This document shows positions 18,410 through 27,607 of a stretch of DNA of 53,479 bases, piece after piece. The translations under genes were made by a program, and so were the position numbers. The first letter of the stretch is position 1. The number at the start of each line of letters is the position of its first letter. The notes beneath the pieces are model-generated. The model ran no database searches, was not told where the DNA came from, and saw only the letters and a program-made list of their open reading frames with translations. Source of the stretch: Candidatus Hodarchaeota archaeon (GTDB lineage Archaea; Asgardarchaeota; Lokiarchaeia; Sigyniarchaeales; SOKP01); contig JBHLJY010000015.1 of assembly GCA_048887225.1 (NCBI GenBank), forward strand, positions 1-53,479, written 5' to 3'.

Positions 18410-19658
18410 TATCCAAATCTTGAGGTAATACTTGTAATATAATAATTACAAATAAAGAGCTTATTAATGCTAAAATTGATAATATAAGATATCCAGGTCT
18501 GTAATAATCATTAAAGTTAATAAAAAAGAAAGCTAACATTAAGATACTTAGACTTCGACCAAATGTGTAAGCCAAAAAATTTAATGAATAAACCGTAGAT
18601 CTGATTTGAGGGGGGCTTGTATCCCCTAGTGTTGCCTGTGTAAGCGGATCAATCCCTCCAAATAAGAAAGCTCCTATAAAAAGAACCAAAAAGAAAATAA
18701 TAAGTGTAAATATATTGATGGTTGGAAGTATTAAAGAAAATGCAATAATGTACATTGTTGATCCACCCACTAAACAAATGAGAACTATCGTCATTCTTCC
18801 CGTTTTCTTCTTTTCCATTCTTTTATCGGCAATTTTTCCGATTACAGGACCGCTAATCATTTGGCTACCAAAAATCACGACTAAAATAAGTGTTGCTGTA
18901 GAAGAAGTAAAATTGTAATCGTTTTTTAGCATTGATATAAAATTAGAGGAAATAGCACCAATAGCAATAAACATAGCAAAATTAAAAATTAAAATCAAAA
19001 AAATTGTCTTTTTTTGCCAAATTTTCTTAAAATCTTCTAATTTTATTTTAAAACTTAATCCAAGAACACTCTCATCTTCTAAACCTGATGAAACATCCAT
19101 TTCTCCTTTTACAGGTTCTTTCATAAAAAATAAAAATATCGTACAAACAAATCCACATAAAGAAATTATCATGAAAGGTAATACCCAGGGATAATAATCG
19201 ATTAAAGAACCTGAAAGAATATGGCCTAATCCGTTGCCTAAGACATAAGCAGCACTTAGTGTGCCAAACGATTCTCCTCTTTTTTCAACTTTAACTAAAT
19301 CTACCAGTAAAGAAAAGGTTAAGGGTAACGCAGAGCCAAAACCAATAGCAGTTATTAACTGAAAAAAAAGTAGAGAAAAAAAATCGGTTGCAAAAATAGT
19401 GAGAAAGGCAAAAATAGACCATATTAATGTTCCAATTATTAACATTATCTTGCGTGAAAATTTATCGCCTAATATTGCCCAGATTATTGAGCTGCACGCT
19501 CCAACGAATAAAAACATTGAATTTATAATTTGAACTTGGGCTTCACTTTCTAAATTTAAGGCTTGCGCAACTTCTTTAGCCATCGGCATTATAATACTGA
19601 TTAAAGCAGAGGAAAAAAGTGTTAACATTATGAGTATAATAAACGATTGATGTTTCAT
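18399..19658 (-). CDS. MFS transporter
   Basis: About 12 hydrophobic segments, motif A variants LGDKFSRK and GKIADKR. Confidence 0.88.
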   Translation of the reverse strand: MKHQSFIILIMLTLFSSALISIIMPMAKEVAQALNLESEAQVQIINSMFLFVGACSSIIWAILGDKFSRKIMLIIGTLIWSIFAFLTIFATDFFSLLFFQLITAIGFGSALPLTFSLLVDLVKVEKRGESFGTLSAAYVLGNGLGHILSGSLIDYYPWVLPFMIISLCGFVCTIFLFFMKEPVKGEMDVSSGLEDESVLGLSFKIKLEDFKKIWQKKTIFLILIFNFAMFIAIGAISSNFISMLKNDYNFTSSTATLILVVIFGSQMISGPVIGKIADKRMEKKKTGRMTIVLICLVGGSTMYIIAFSLILPTINIFTLIIFFLVLFIGAFLFGGIDPLTQATLGDTSPPQIRSTVYSLNFLAYTFGRSLSILMLAFFFINFNDYYRPGYLILSILALISSLFVIIILQVLPQDLDNEN

Positions 19659-19938
19659 GTTAAAGGAGTTTACTTTTTTTGTTTCACTTAAATGTTTTGG
19701 ATATTAAGATGGTGAAATAAATAAAAATCTTTCTAATATCTACATACAAAATCATTACATCTCCAAGCGCAAACATGTTTTTTAATAACATTATTGTTTA
19801 TAATTAGGATTATTTTGAAATTTTTCTAATATTTGGACTACGCTAGGTTTAAAAACGATTTCATCCCAATAAATTATAACATCTTTTTAAATTAAATTTA
19901 TTCAAAAAAACGCTATAAAACTAAATAGAGGAAATATT

Positions 19939-22900
19939 TTGAACACCCATGATAAAAGAAGGGTTCTCTTAATTTCTATTTTAATATTCTTGAATTTATC
20001 ATTCTTCTCAGGTATTACAGCTAATAATATTTATGGACCGAATCAATTGAACTCAAGTAATGCTCCAAAATCTGCAAGTCCAGCTGAGAGCGGAAGAATA
20101 CTCAGTACTATGCACGATACAGATCTAAACTGTTATATTAATAGAGATGATCCGAATTCAAATCGTCAACCCTCAATTTATATTCCCAATCACTATCTTT
20201 CGAGTGCAAGTATGGTTTTCAGTAATATCGTTGCTCACAATTATACAAAAGATATAGAACCTGAAATTTCACAATATATTACGAATCCTTATACAGATCG
20301 ACCTCTATATGTTTATCAACAATTCGCTATTGAAGTAAGTCAATATGTAAACAATATTACTATTGGTATTCAAGATGATCCTGATACAAAAACTCCTGAG
20401 TATACCGAAGATAATTCATGGGAAGTCGCTATAATGAATTGTACTGACGATGAATCTGGAACACCTAATAATGAAACTTTAGCTATTTTGCAGAAACAAC
20501 ATCCTCCAGATGATGGTTTCTATTGGTATACATTTGATTTTGAAAATTCAGAAATTGGTCCGGTTTATCTTGATACTTCAACAACCTATAGTACAATTGA
20601 AAGTGGAGTAACTAAATATTGGTTCGCTTATAGAGTAAAAATACCAGCAGATGATACTGCGTTAGATGGAGGGATAAAAAAGCTTTATTTCAATCCAGAT
20701 GGCGGTGATCCCTCAAATATGGGAGAAGGGGAAACTTTTCTATTTTATCCAAGTATAAACTATGAAAACTTTACATATAATTATGTTTCAAAAATTAATG
20801 ATTCAACACCTATAAATGGTACCTATTTAACTGGAGGAATATCTTCATTCGAAGAAAAAGACGAAAATAGATATGCCGTAGATTTTATTCGAAATAATTT
20901 AACTATGGAGTTTTTCTTCAATATTCAGAATCATTCTCAATATAGTTATGACGAGATGAGTATGCGAGGTTGGCCATGGTGGTCTCTTAATAAACCAATA
21001 AAAAGTATTGATTTTGAACTCTCCTTGAAGGTAAGTAATCCTAGTAATGTTCAAGGCGCTTCATTATATGTTTGGAATTACACTGGTAATTATAGGGTAC
21101 GTTTGCCAGATTTCTTTTTTAATTTATCAAATAACAACGAACGCATCCAAGTTCTTAGATTGGCTTATAATCCTTTTGAGCCTACGGCTTTAAGAGACAT
21201 TATACGTCTAATTAACACTTCGGATAATAATGCAATGAAATTTATGTTTGAATACAATGGCAATGGAGAGTTTAACGTTTCAATTAATAAATTCTCAATC
21301 AATTTTGGTGAAAAAAGAGAAGTATTAAATGATGTGATTTTATCCTATGATCCTTTACTACGAGAACTATACTCTCCTGTAGAAATAAACCTTGTAAATG
21401 GAACTACTTCTACTCCACAATTACAAACACTTGAACTAAACGATGACAAGTATTACAAAGCTCGAGCAAAAACAACTAATGTTTCTATTGAAATTAAATT
21501 TGAATTCATGCCAGAAATAGATCCCTATCTTTGGACGTGGTTAGATCCATTTGATTGGGGCGTCCTTGGCCCAATATGGCAAACTTATCCTTTTCCGTAT
21601 GTAAAATACATTGATTTTCGCTTAAGCTCAAATGTAAGTATTACGGATTTTAATGAGTTAAAATTAGCCGCATTAGAAGTTTATGATAGATTTAATGATA
21701 GTTGGACAGATATAACGGGTTATAACAAAACTTTTGCTTTCAATGATGAGAGACAACTGGCAGTACGTTTGAATACTACTGATACCTATTTTATTTTACA
21801 AATTTCAGATCCAGATGATAAAAATTCATTCTGGATGCGATTGAGATACGAAACAAACGAGAGCTATATGCCAAATTTGGAGAAATTTAATGTTACTGTT
21901 GACGAATTTATTATGGATTTTCACATTCAAAACATATTTTCTTCAGACATATCATCAAAAATTGGCTTTGGAATGAAAAGTAACAAATTAAATGCCTCCG
22001 ATATACAAATGAAAAATATGGGTATACCTCTAACGGATGATGGAGTCGGTAATGGGACATGGAATAATGCTATCTTAAATGGTATACCCGTTCAAGGAAA
22101 TTTCGAATTCAATGTAACTTCATTATGGCCATCAGTTACTTTTGATGTGATAGGTACTTATGAAATTTATCAATTAGCAATTGATATAGATTTTAAAGAT
22201 GATCTTGAAATCCAGTATATGACAGGAACAGAATACTTTACAGTAGAAATAACAGATGGTATGGATTCACCAATTTCAGGTTTAGAAATAACTTTTGAAT
22301 TGCTGGATGCAGATGATAAAGTAGTTGATGATGATACAGATAATACAGATTCGGATGGAGAAGCAACGGGTGCTTTAGAGTTGGATGAATTAGGGGATGG
22401 CTTTTATATAAAAGTTAGTTATAATCTAGTTGGGATATATGGAAGTAAAGAAACAGAATCAGATGAATTCCGAATTGTGGATGAATTCACCATATTTATG
22501 GATAATTTTCTTTTATTATTACCGTATATTCTTATCGGATTAGCTGCACTTTTCACTTTTGTTGCTATCAGGCATCGAAAGCTAAGTAAATTGCGTGAAC
22601 TTTGGGCTGGGGAAGCATTGGTTTTAGACGACTTGGTCAAAATTTCATACATCATGGTCATCCATAAGGATGTGGGAGTAACCCTTTATTCTAAGCAAAT
22701 TTCTATGGAACTCGATTCTGACTTAATAGGTGGATTTATAACAGCTATTTCACAGTTTAGAAGCGAAATTAAAAAACCTATTGAAGGATTAGGTATGGGT
22801 ACTGGATTTGAAATGGATTATTATGATTTTAAAATTGATATGGCTGATGGCAAATATGTTCGTACAGCACTAATTTTAGAAGGAATTCCATCCGAAAAGT

Positions 22901-23262
22901 TAAAAGAAAATCAAAAGATGTTTACAAACAACTTTGAAACAAAATTTGCCCCACTCTTAGAAGATTTTACAGGAGATGTTCAGCCATTTAGAGAAACTGA
23001 CGCTTTAATTGAAAAGTTTTTTAACCTTTCTTTAATGTATCCACTTCAATTAAGTTCTCATTGGAAATTGGCTAAACTGAAAAAGTTAGAGACAGCATTA
23101 TTAGAAGTAGCAGAACAAATGCAGAAGGAGAGAAAATATTTCTTTGTTTCAAGTCTATTAAATTATGGAATCGCAGGCAGAAAAGAATCAAAAGATCAAA
23201 TAATAAGTACTATAATTGATTTAAAACGTCGAGGCTTACTTGTTCCAGTTGAAAATATTTAA
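19939..23262 (+). CDS. Large single-pass surface (glyco)protein with cytoplasmic longin-like domain
   Basis: N-terminal signal/TM, ~830-aa Asn/Asp/Thr-rich ectodomain with many N-x-S/T sequons, TM at ~857-877 followed by RHRK, then IMVIHKDVGVTLYS...DSDLIGGFITAISQFRSEI. Confidence 0.72.
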   Translation: MNTHDKRRVLLISILIFLNLSFFSGITANNIYGPNQLNSSNAPKSASPAESGRILSTMHDTDLNCYINRDDPNSNRQPSIYIPNHYLSSASMVFSNIVAHNYTKDIEPEISQYITNPYTDRPLYVYQQFAIEVSQYVNNITIGIQDDPDTKTPEYTEDNSWEVAIMNCTDDESGTPNNETLAILQKQHPPDDGFYWYTFDFENSEIGPVYLDTSTTYSTIESGVTKYWFAYRVKIPADDTALDGGIKKLYFNPDGGDPSNMGEGETFLFYPSINYENFTYNYVSKINDSTPINGTYLTGGISSFEEKDENRYAVDFIRNNLTMEFFFNIQNHSQYSYDEMSMRGWPWWSLNKPIKSIDFELSLKVSNPSNVQGASLYVWNYTGNYRVRLPDFFFNLSNNNERIQVLRLAYNPFEPTALRDIIRLINTSDNNAMKFMFEYNGNGEFNVSINKFSINFGEKREVLNDVILSYDPLLRELYSPVEINLVNGTTSTPQLQTLELNDDKYYKARAKTTNVSIEIKFEFMPEIDPYLWTWLDPFDWGVLGPIWQTYPFPYVKYIDFRLSSNVSITDFNELKLAALEVYDRFNDSWTDITGYNKTFAFNDERQLAVRLNTTDTYFILQISDPDDKNSFWMRLRYETNESYMPNLEKFNVTVDEFIMDFHIQNIFSSDISSKIGFGMKSNKLNASDIQMKNMGIPLTDDGVGNGTWNNAILNGIPVQGNFEFNVTSLWPSVTFDVIGTYEIYQLAIDIDFKDDLEIQYMTGTEYFTVEITDGMDSPISGLEITFELLDADDKVVDDDTDNTDSDGEATGALELDELGDGFYIKVSYNLVGIYGSKETESDEFRIVDEFTIFMDNFLLLLPYILIGLAALFTFVAIRHRKLSKLRELWAGEALVLDDLVKISYIMVIHKDVGVTLYSKQISMELDSDLIGGFITAISQFRSEIKKPIEGLGMGTGFEMDYYDFKIDMADGKYVRTALILEGIPSEKLKENQKMFTNNFETKFAPLLEDFTGDVQPFRETDALIEKFFNLSLMYPLQLSSHWKLAKLKKLETALLEVAEQMQKERKYFFVSSLLNYGIAGRKESKDQIISTIIDLKRRGLLVPVENI

Positions 23263-23278
23263 TTTTCTCTTTTTTTTA
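23263..23278 (+). terminator. Oligo-T archaeal-type terminator
   Basis: TTTTCTCTTTTTTTT directly after the stop codon. Confidence 0.5.
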
Positions 23279-23377
23279 TAATTAGAAAGAATAAAATTTC
23301 TGAAATATAAAGAAAAACTCATTAATTCTCAAAAATAATATTTAATAATCTCTTGAGATATTAAGGTAGCATAATTA

Positions 23378-24187
23378 TTGAAGAAAAAAAGAAAATTGTG
23401 GACAATAGGCCAGATCGACGCTACAGGAGTAAGAGGACCTCACGAAAAGGAATTAAGTGATATTAGTAAATCAAAATATCCTGTATTTATTAACCTCGAC
23501 ATCAACAAGCTAGAAAGAATTGTAACCGAAGATATTGGAGGAAAAATGGATAATCTTGGTTTCGATGAGGATTGGACAATATCATTAGAATTCTTTCCTG
23601 AAGCTAATATTCATATCTCATTCACTAATTATGGAGATGAATTTGGGGATTATTTAGAAGCAGAATTTAAATTCTTCTTCTCAGGAGAAAGAGTTATCCT
23701 AATACCCGGCGAAGACAGCGCAACCTTTATTGATCTTGTCTTAGATTTTTTGGAAAAAAGAATAAAAGGTGAAGAACCATTCGAGAAATCCTATGATATA
23801 AAATCGGAACTAATGCAAAATGTCTTGATTCAAAGAAATGAACCATTTAAATTGCTAAAAGAAGAGGATAGAGACGGATTAGCAATTTATCTTGGAGCAA
23901 AAGTATGGAAAACCACTAATGGATGGCGGATTAAACGAGAAATCTTTTCGAAAATCTTTGTAGAAATCTCTTGGAATACAGAACATGGATTGGATATTAG
24001 CTATTCGGGTGAAAATCTTGGAAATTTTAGTAGTTATCATATTGAATTAGTGGGGATTTTTATTATAAACCATATTCTTAGATATATAACATTAAATAAT
24101 TTGGATAAAGATCTTGAGGATATCTGTTATCAAATGTTTTCAAGATATTATACTAAGCAAATGAATTGGGATCATCGAAGAACTTAA
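23378..24187 (+). CDS. Hypothetical protein, possibly two DUF3786-like domains
   Basis: Internal similarity WTISLEFFPEANIHISF...FFFSGE versus WRIKREIFSKIFVEISW...ISYSGE; GDEF...PGEDSA pattern. Confidence 0.55.
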   Translation: MKKKRKLWTIGQIDATGVRGPHEKELSDISKSKYPVFINLDINKLERIVTEDIGGKMDNLGFDEDWTISLEFFPEANIHISFTNYGDEFGDYLEAEFKFFFSGERVILIPGEDSATFIDLVLDFLEKRIKGEEPFEKSYDIKSELMQNVLIQRNEPFKLLKEEDRDGLAIYLGAKVWKTTNGWRIKREIFSKIFVEISWNTEHGLDISYSGENLGNFSSYHIELVGIFIINHILRYITLNNLDKDLEDICYQMFSRYYTKQMNWDHRRT

Positions 24188-24226
24188 CTAAATAATGGAT
24201 GAAAAAAAATAAAAAGAAAATAGTAT

Positions 24227-24787
24227 TCAGTTAATTGCAGTCCAAAATACAGCCCTTCCTTTTTTACTTGTCCGTTTAATTTTTTTAGTTCTCTCTAAAT
24301 CGGACATTAATTTCCAAATTTGACTTGATGTCAATTTGAAATATCTCCTTAATTCTGGTGTAGACATCTCCGTTCCATCTAATAAAATCACAATTAATCT
24401 TTTAATTTCTTTGATTATATTTTCACTTGACTCATCAGATTTTTCTTCCTCTTCAACGAGGAGTTCCATTTCAGATATAATTCTATTAGCAACTTTGTTT
24501 AATAGGGAAATATTTTTTTCAATACCATGTGGTTTCATGAATAAACAGCATAGTTCTAAATCCTGTGGAAAAGCGACAATGTAAAATTTATCGTATAATA
24601 TTGCTCTTGGTTTTTTACCAGCATTTCCGCCTCGGAAAGCAAGATAAAAATTCATAGCGAAATCGTCTAGATTCACCACATTTTTTGATTTGTTTTCGTA
24701 TTCTTTTTTCCATTTAAGAAATGGACCGTCAATCATATCAAAACCAATTAATGCTGCACCAAATAATTCATTCTCGTTAAAGTTCAC
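24227..24787 (-). CDS. uDENN/longin-like N-terminal domain fused to a C-terminal winged HTH
   Basis: AALIGFDMIDGP (FDxxxGP), acidic linker EEEEKSDESSE, then MSTPELRRYFKLTSSQIWKLMSDLERTKKIKRTSKKGRAVFW; GTG start overlaps the GTPase TGA (GTGA). Confidence 0.62.
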   Translation of the reverse strand: MNFNENELFGAALIGFDMIDGPFLKWKKEYENKSKNVVNLDDFAMNFYLAFRGGNAGKKPRAILYDKFYIVAFPQDLELCCLFMKPHGIEKNISLLNKVANRIISEMELLVEEEEKSDESSENIIKEIKRLIVILLDGTEMSTPELRRYFKLTSSQIWKLMSDLERTKKIKRTSKKGRAVFWTAIN

Positions 24788-25371
24788 TTTATTTCAACCC
24801 CCTTCCTTACTGCCACTTGATTTAATTCATTTTTTATAATATTCATTAATTCTTTTAAACCTCTTCTTAATAACACTTGATTTAATTCTTTTTTAATTAT
24901 ATTCATAAATTTTACTCGTTCTGAACGGTTTATAGCTGTTAAACCATAAGTTTTTACCTGAAGTACATCCTCAACTCTATTTTGATCCATTCTACCATCG
25001 ATTTTGCATAAGTCTTGCTTGTTTGCGATGGCAATTATAGGGCAATCATCATCAACAATATCGTTACTAAAGTCAATTAATTGCCGAGAATTTAAAACAT
25101 TTAAAGGAGTGGAATCAGTAACTATAACTACAAGGTCTGACCCTATAAGATATTCTTTTAAATAAGAAAGATAAGCTTTCTGACCTCCAAAATCCCATAC
25201 TTTAAGATTAAAATTGCCATATTTAACTTTTTTAAGATCGAATCCTTGTGTGGGGAAATATAATCTATCAATCCTTTCCTCATTTAATAGCTTTAAGATG
25301 GTCGTTTTGCCCACAGCAGGATGTCCTATTATAGATATTTTTATTAAATCGTTTATATCCGAACTTAACAT
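24784..25371 (-). CDS. Arf/Arl-like small GTPase (Ras superfamily)
   Basis: G1 GHPAVGKT, G2 PTQGF, G3 WDFGGQ, G4 NKQD, G5 LTA. Confidence 0.9.
   Translation of the reverse strand: MLSSDINDLIKISIIGHPAVGKTTILKLLNEERIDRLYFPTQGFDLKKVKYGNFNLKVWDFGGQKAYLSYLKEYLIGSDLVVIVTDSTPLNVLNSRQLIDFSNDIVDDDCPIIAIANKQDLCKIDGRMDQNRVEDVLQVKTYGLTAINRSERVKFMNIIKKELNQVLLRRGLKELMNIIKNELNQVAVRKGVEIK
24788..24907 (-). repeat. 60-bp imperfect tandem duplication at the GTPase 3' end
   Basis: CACTTGATTTAATTC at 24814 and 24874; protein FMNIIKKELNQVLLRRGLKE / LMNIIKNELNQVAVRKGVEI. Confidence 0.85.
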
Positions 25372-25465
25372 TTGTGAGTTAAAATTATGAATGTTTTATT
25401 GAAGAAAAATGAGAATATATGAATATTAACCTTGATATTATCCATATATTATCTTATAATAGGAT

Positions 25466-27382
25466 TTAAAAAATTCCTGTAATTTGAATATTATAATAGA
25501 AAAGCAGCAATATTAAAGAGAAAAAGGTTGGTACTATTAAGCTAAGCGTTAATAATCTCTGAGAAACTCTTATACATTCTTGTAATGTGGCAATAATCGT
25601 ATCAAAATATTTTGGATTGCCCCAAATTTTAACATCTTTTACGATTGAATCAGTATAATGAAATTCAACTGGCTCTAAATCAGTTTCAGCCATTTGTAAT
25701 AATGTTTCTAATTTATCTATGATAAAATTTAATTTAATTTTATCTCCAATAGGAGAATAACCTCTACTGGAGAACTGTCTTGCAACTGTATGTGAATCTG
25801 AAGTTGTTATCTCGCCTCTTTCAATTCCTCTATTTTGAAGTGCGTTCAAGATATATGATCTTATATCTACATAAGCGTTATTACCATCAAAATGGATAAA
25901 TGCAGTTTTTTGTTCGGTAATTGAATTTTTAAAGAGATGGACAACCATACCACCAGATCCGATTCCATCTTTTTCATTAAATTCCTTTAAAGGATCTTTT
26001 GCTACACCATATAATAATTGAATCTTTTGATCCTTCTCTTTCTTTTTACTCGCAATAAATTTATTTGAAACATTAATTAATTCCTTACCTTCAATTGTGT
26101 CTTTTACAATTAAATGTTCATCGTCTATTATTGAATTATGGGAATCGATAATCATGATTTCTTGAAACTTATTTTCGGGTGATTGAGCAATTTTCCTAAT
26201 TTTATCCCCTATTTCTGCTTGTATATCGTCAGAAGGGAGAGGATGACGTGTTAAAAATAAGATCGGTGTGTTTTGTATAATCGTTCCAATAACTTTGGAA
26301 TTGTTTGATATTTTTCTTGAAAAATCTATTATTTCATTTATCCAAACGGTATCAGAATTGTTCTTTAAATTTCTAATATCTTTTTTAATAACGTCAATCA
26401 CTTTGTCTACATCCTCTTGTTTTGTTAAATTTTGTGTATGATCAGTTGTAGTATGATAAACCGTTGTTCCTGGAATATCTTTTAAATTTTTATATATTTG
26501 TTCTGGTAAATCTGATGAACCGCAAGTTTTGAAAGGACCAAAATGAATGTGGGGAACTACAAATAATCCTTTAATTGTTTTCTTTTTTTCACTTCTAATA
26601 GCGAGATATTGTAATCTAACACTGGAATCAACTCCAATTTTATCGAAAATTTGTTCAATTTTTTCATCATTTCCAGTTGTCATCATCGAAAGTACAAAAG
26701 CACGGATGAACGGATATCCTCCAAGTCCAGTCGCTTCTCTATAAATATTACTTACATGAAACATTCCTCTTGCGTAAGGGATCGTAAAAATTAAAGCACA
26801 AGTGGAAAAAAAGAGTATTGCACGGATAAAAAATATCAATGACAATTGAGCCGTATATATGCTATAGAGTGAAATACTAGCTACTGGTTGTACTAATGCT
26901 AAAATGAAATGACCATACTTACCCGCAGTCGTAAAAGAAAAATATATTACAAATGCTAAAATATATGAAACTATTATCCCTAACATGAAGAAAACTTCAC
27001 GGAAAGTAATGTTTCTGAAAAATATAGCTAATAATTGCCCAAAAAGAAAACTTCCTCCAATCACAGAATTAAAAATTGCGTTCAATTGAATCGCATATCC
27101 GCTTGGAGGTGCTTTCAATATTGGTGCCTTTTTGTAATAAGATAAAGTTAAAATAGCTCCAATTAAAGAACTGGACATAAAAATTCCGTAAATTTGTATA
27201 AAATGTCTAATCAATCTTAAGTCCCACGAACCAATAAGTAGTCCTTGAGAAATCGTTGATAGAATACCAATTAAAAGAGGCATACCAAAGAAGATGGAAT
27301 AGGCTGGAATTTTTGAAGAAAAAAGTTCGACATAAGAAAATATTCCAGGCACTTTTCGGCTTGGTTGTTTTTGTACAAACAT
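25466..27382 (-). CDS. DUF2070-family membrane protein
   Basis: N-terminal multi-TM region; VPHIHFGPFKTCGSS, HTTTDH, DSHN, DGNN, TTSDSH motifs. Confidence 0.8.
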   Translation of the reverse strand: MFVQKQPSRKVPGIFSYVELFSSKIPAYSIFFGMPLLIGILSTISQGLLIGSWDLRLIRHFIQIYGIFMSSSLIGAILTLSYYKKAPILKAPPSGYAIQLNAIFNSVIGGSFLFGQLLAIFFRNITFREVFFMLGIIVSYILAFVIYFSFTTAGKYGHFILALVQPVASISLYSIYTAQLSLIFFIRAILFFSTCALIFTIPYARGMFHVSNIYREATGLGGYPFIRAFVLSMMTTGNDEKIEQIFDKIGVDSSVRLQYLAIRSEKKKTIKGLFVVPHIHFGPFKTCGSSDLPEQIYKNLKDIPGTTVYHTTTDHTQNLTKQEDVDKVIDVIKKDIRNLKNNSDTVWINEIIDFSRKISNNSKVIGTIIQNTPILFLTRHPLPSDDIQAEIGDKIRKIAQSPENKFQEIMIIDSHNSIIDDEHLIVKDTIEGKELINVSNKFIASKKKEKDQKIQLLYGVAKDPLKEFNEKDGIGSGGMVVHLFKNSITEQKTAFIHFDGNNAYVDIRSYILNALQNRGIERGEITTSDSHTVARQFSSRGYSPIGDKIKLNFIIDKLETLLQMAETDLEPVEFHYTDSIVKDVKIWGNPKYFDTIIATLQECIRVSQRLLTLSLIVPTFFSLILLLFYYNIQITGIF

Positions 27383-27607
27383 GATGTTTTTATTATTATG
27401 TTTCGAATTATTTAAAGAATAGAATTATCTAAAATATTACTAATATCTCGTATTTCACGTTTTATTTATATTAATCTATGTTTCTTATTTAAAAAATTAT
27501 AAATAATTGAAAGACTATTAAAGAAATATAGGAAATAATAAATAAATGTACTTAGCAAATAAATCTTCAAGTATTTTCCTTTTCAAATTATTTAAAGTAA
27601 AATTCCA

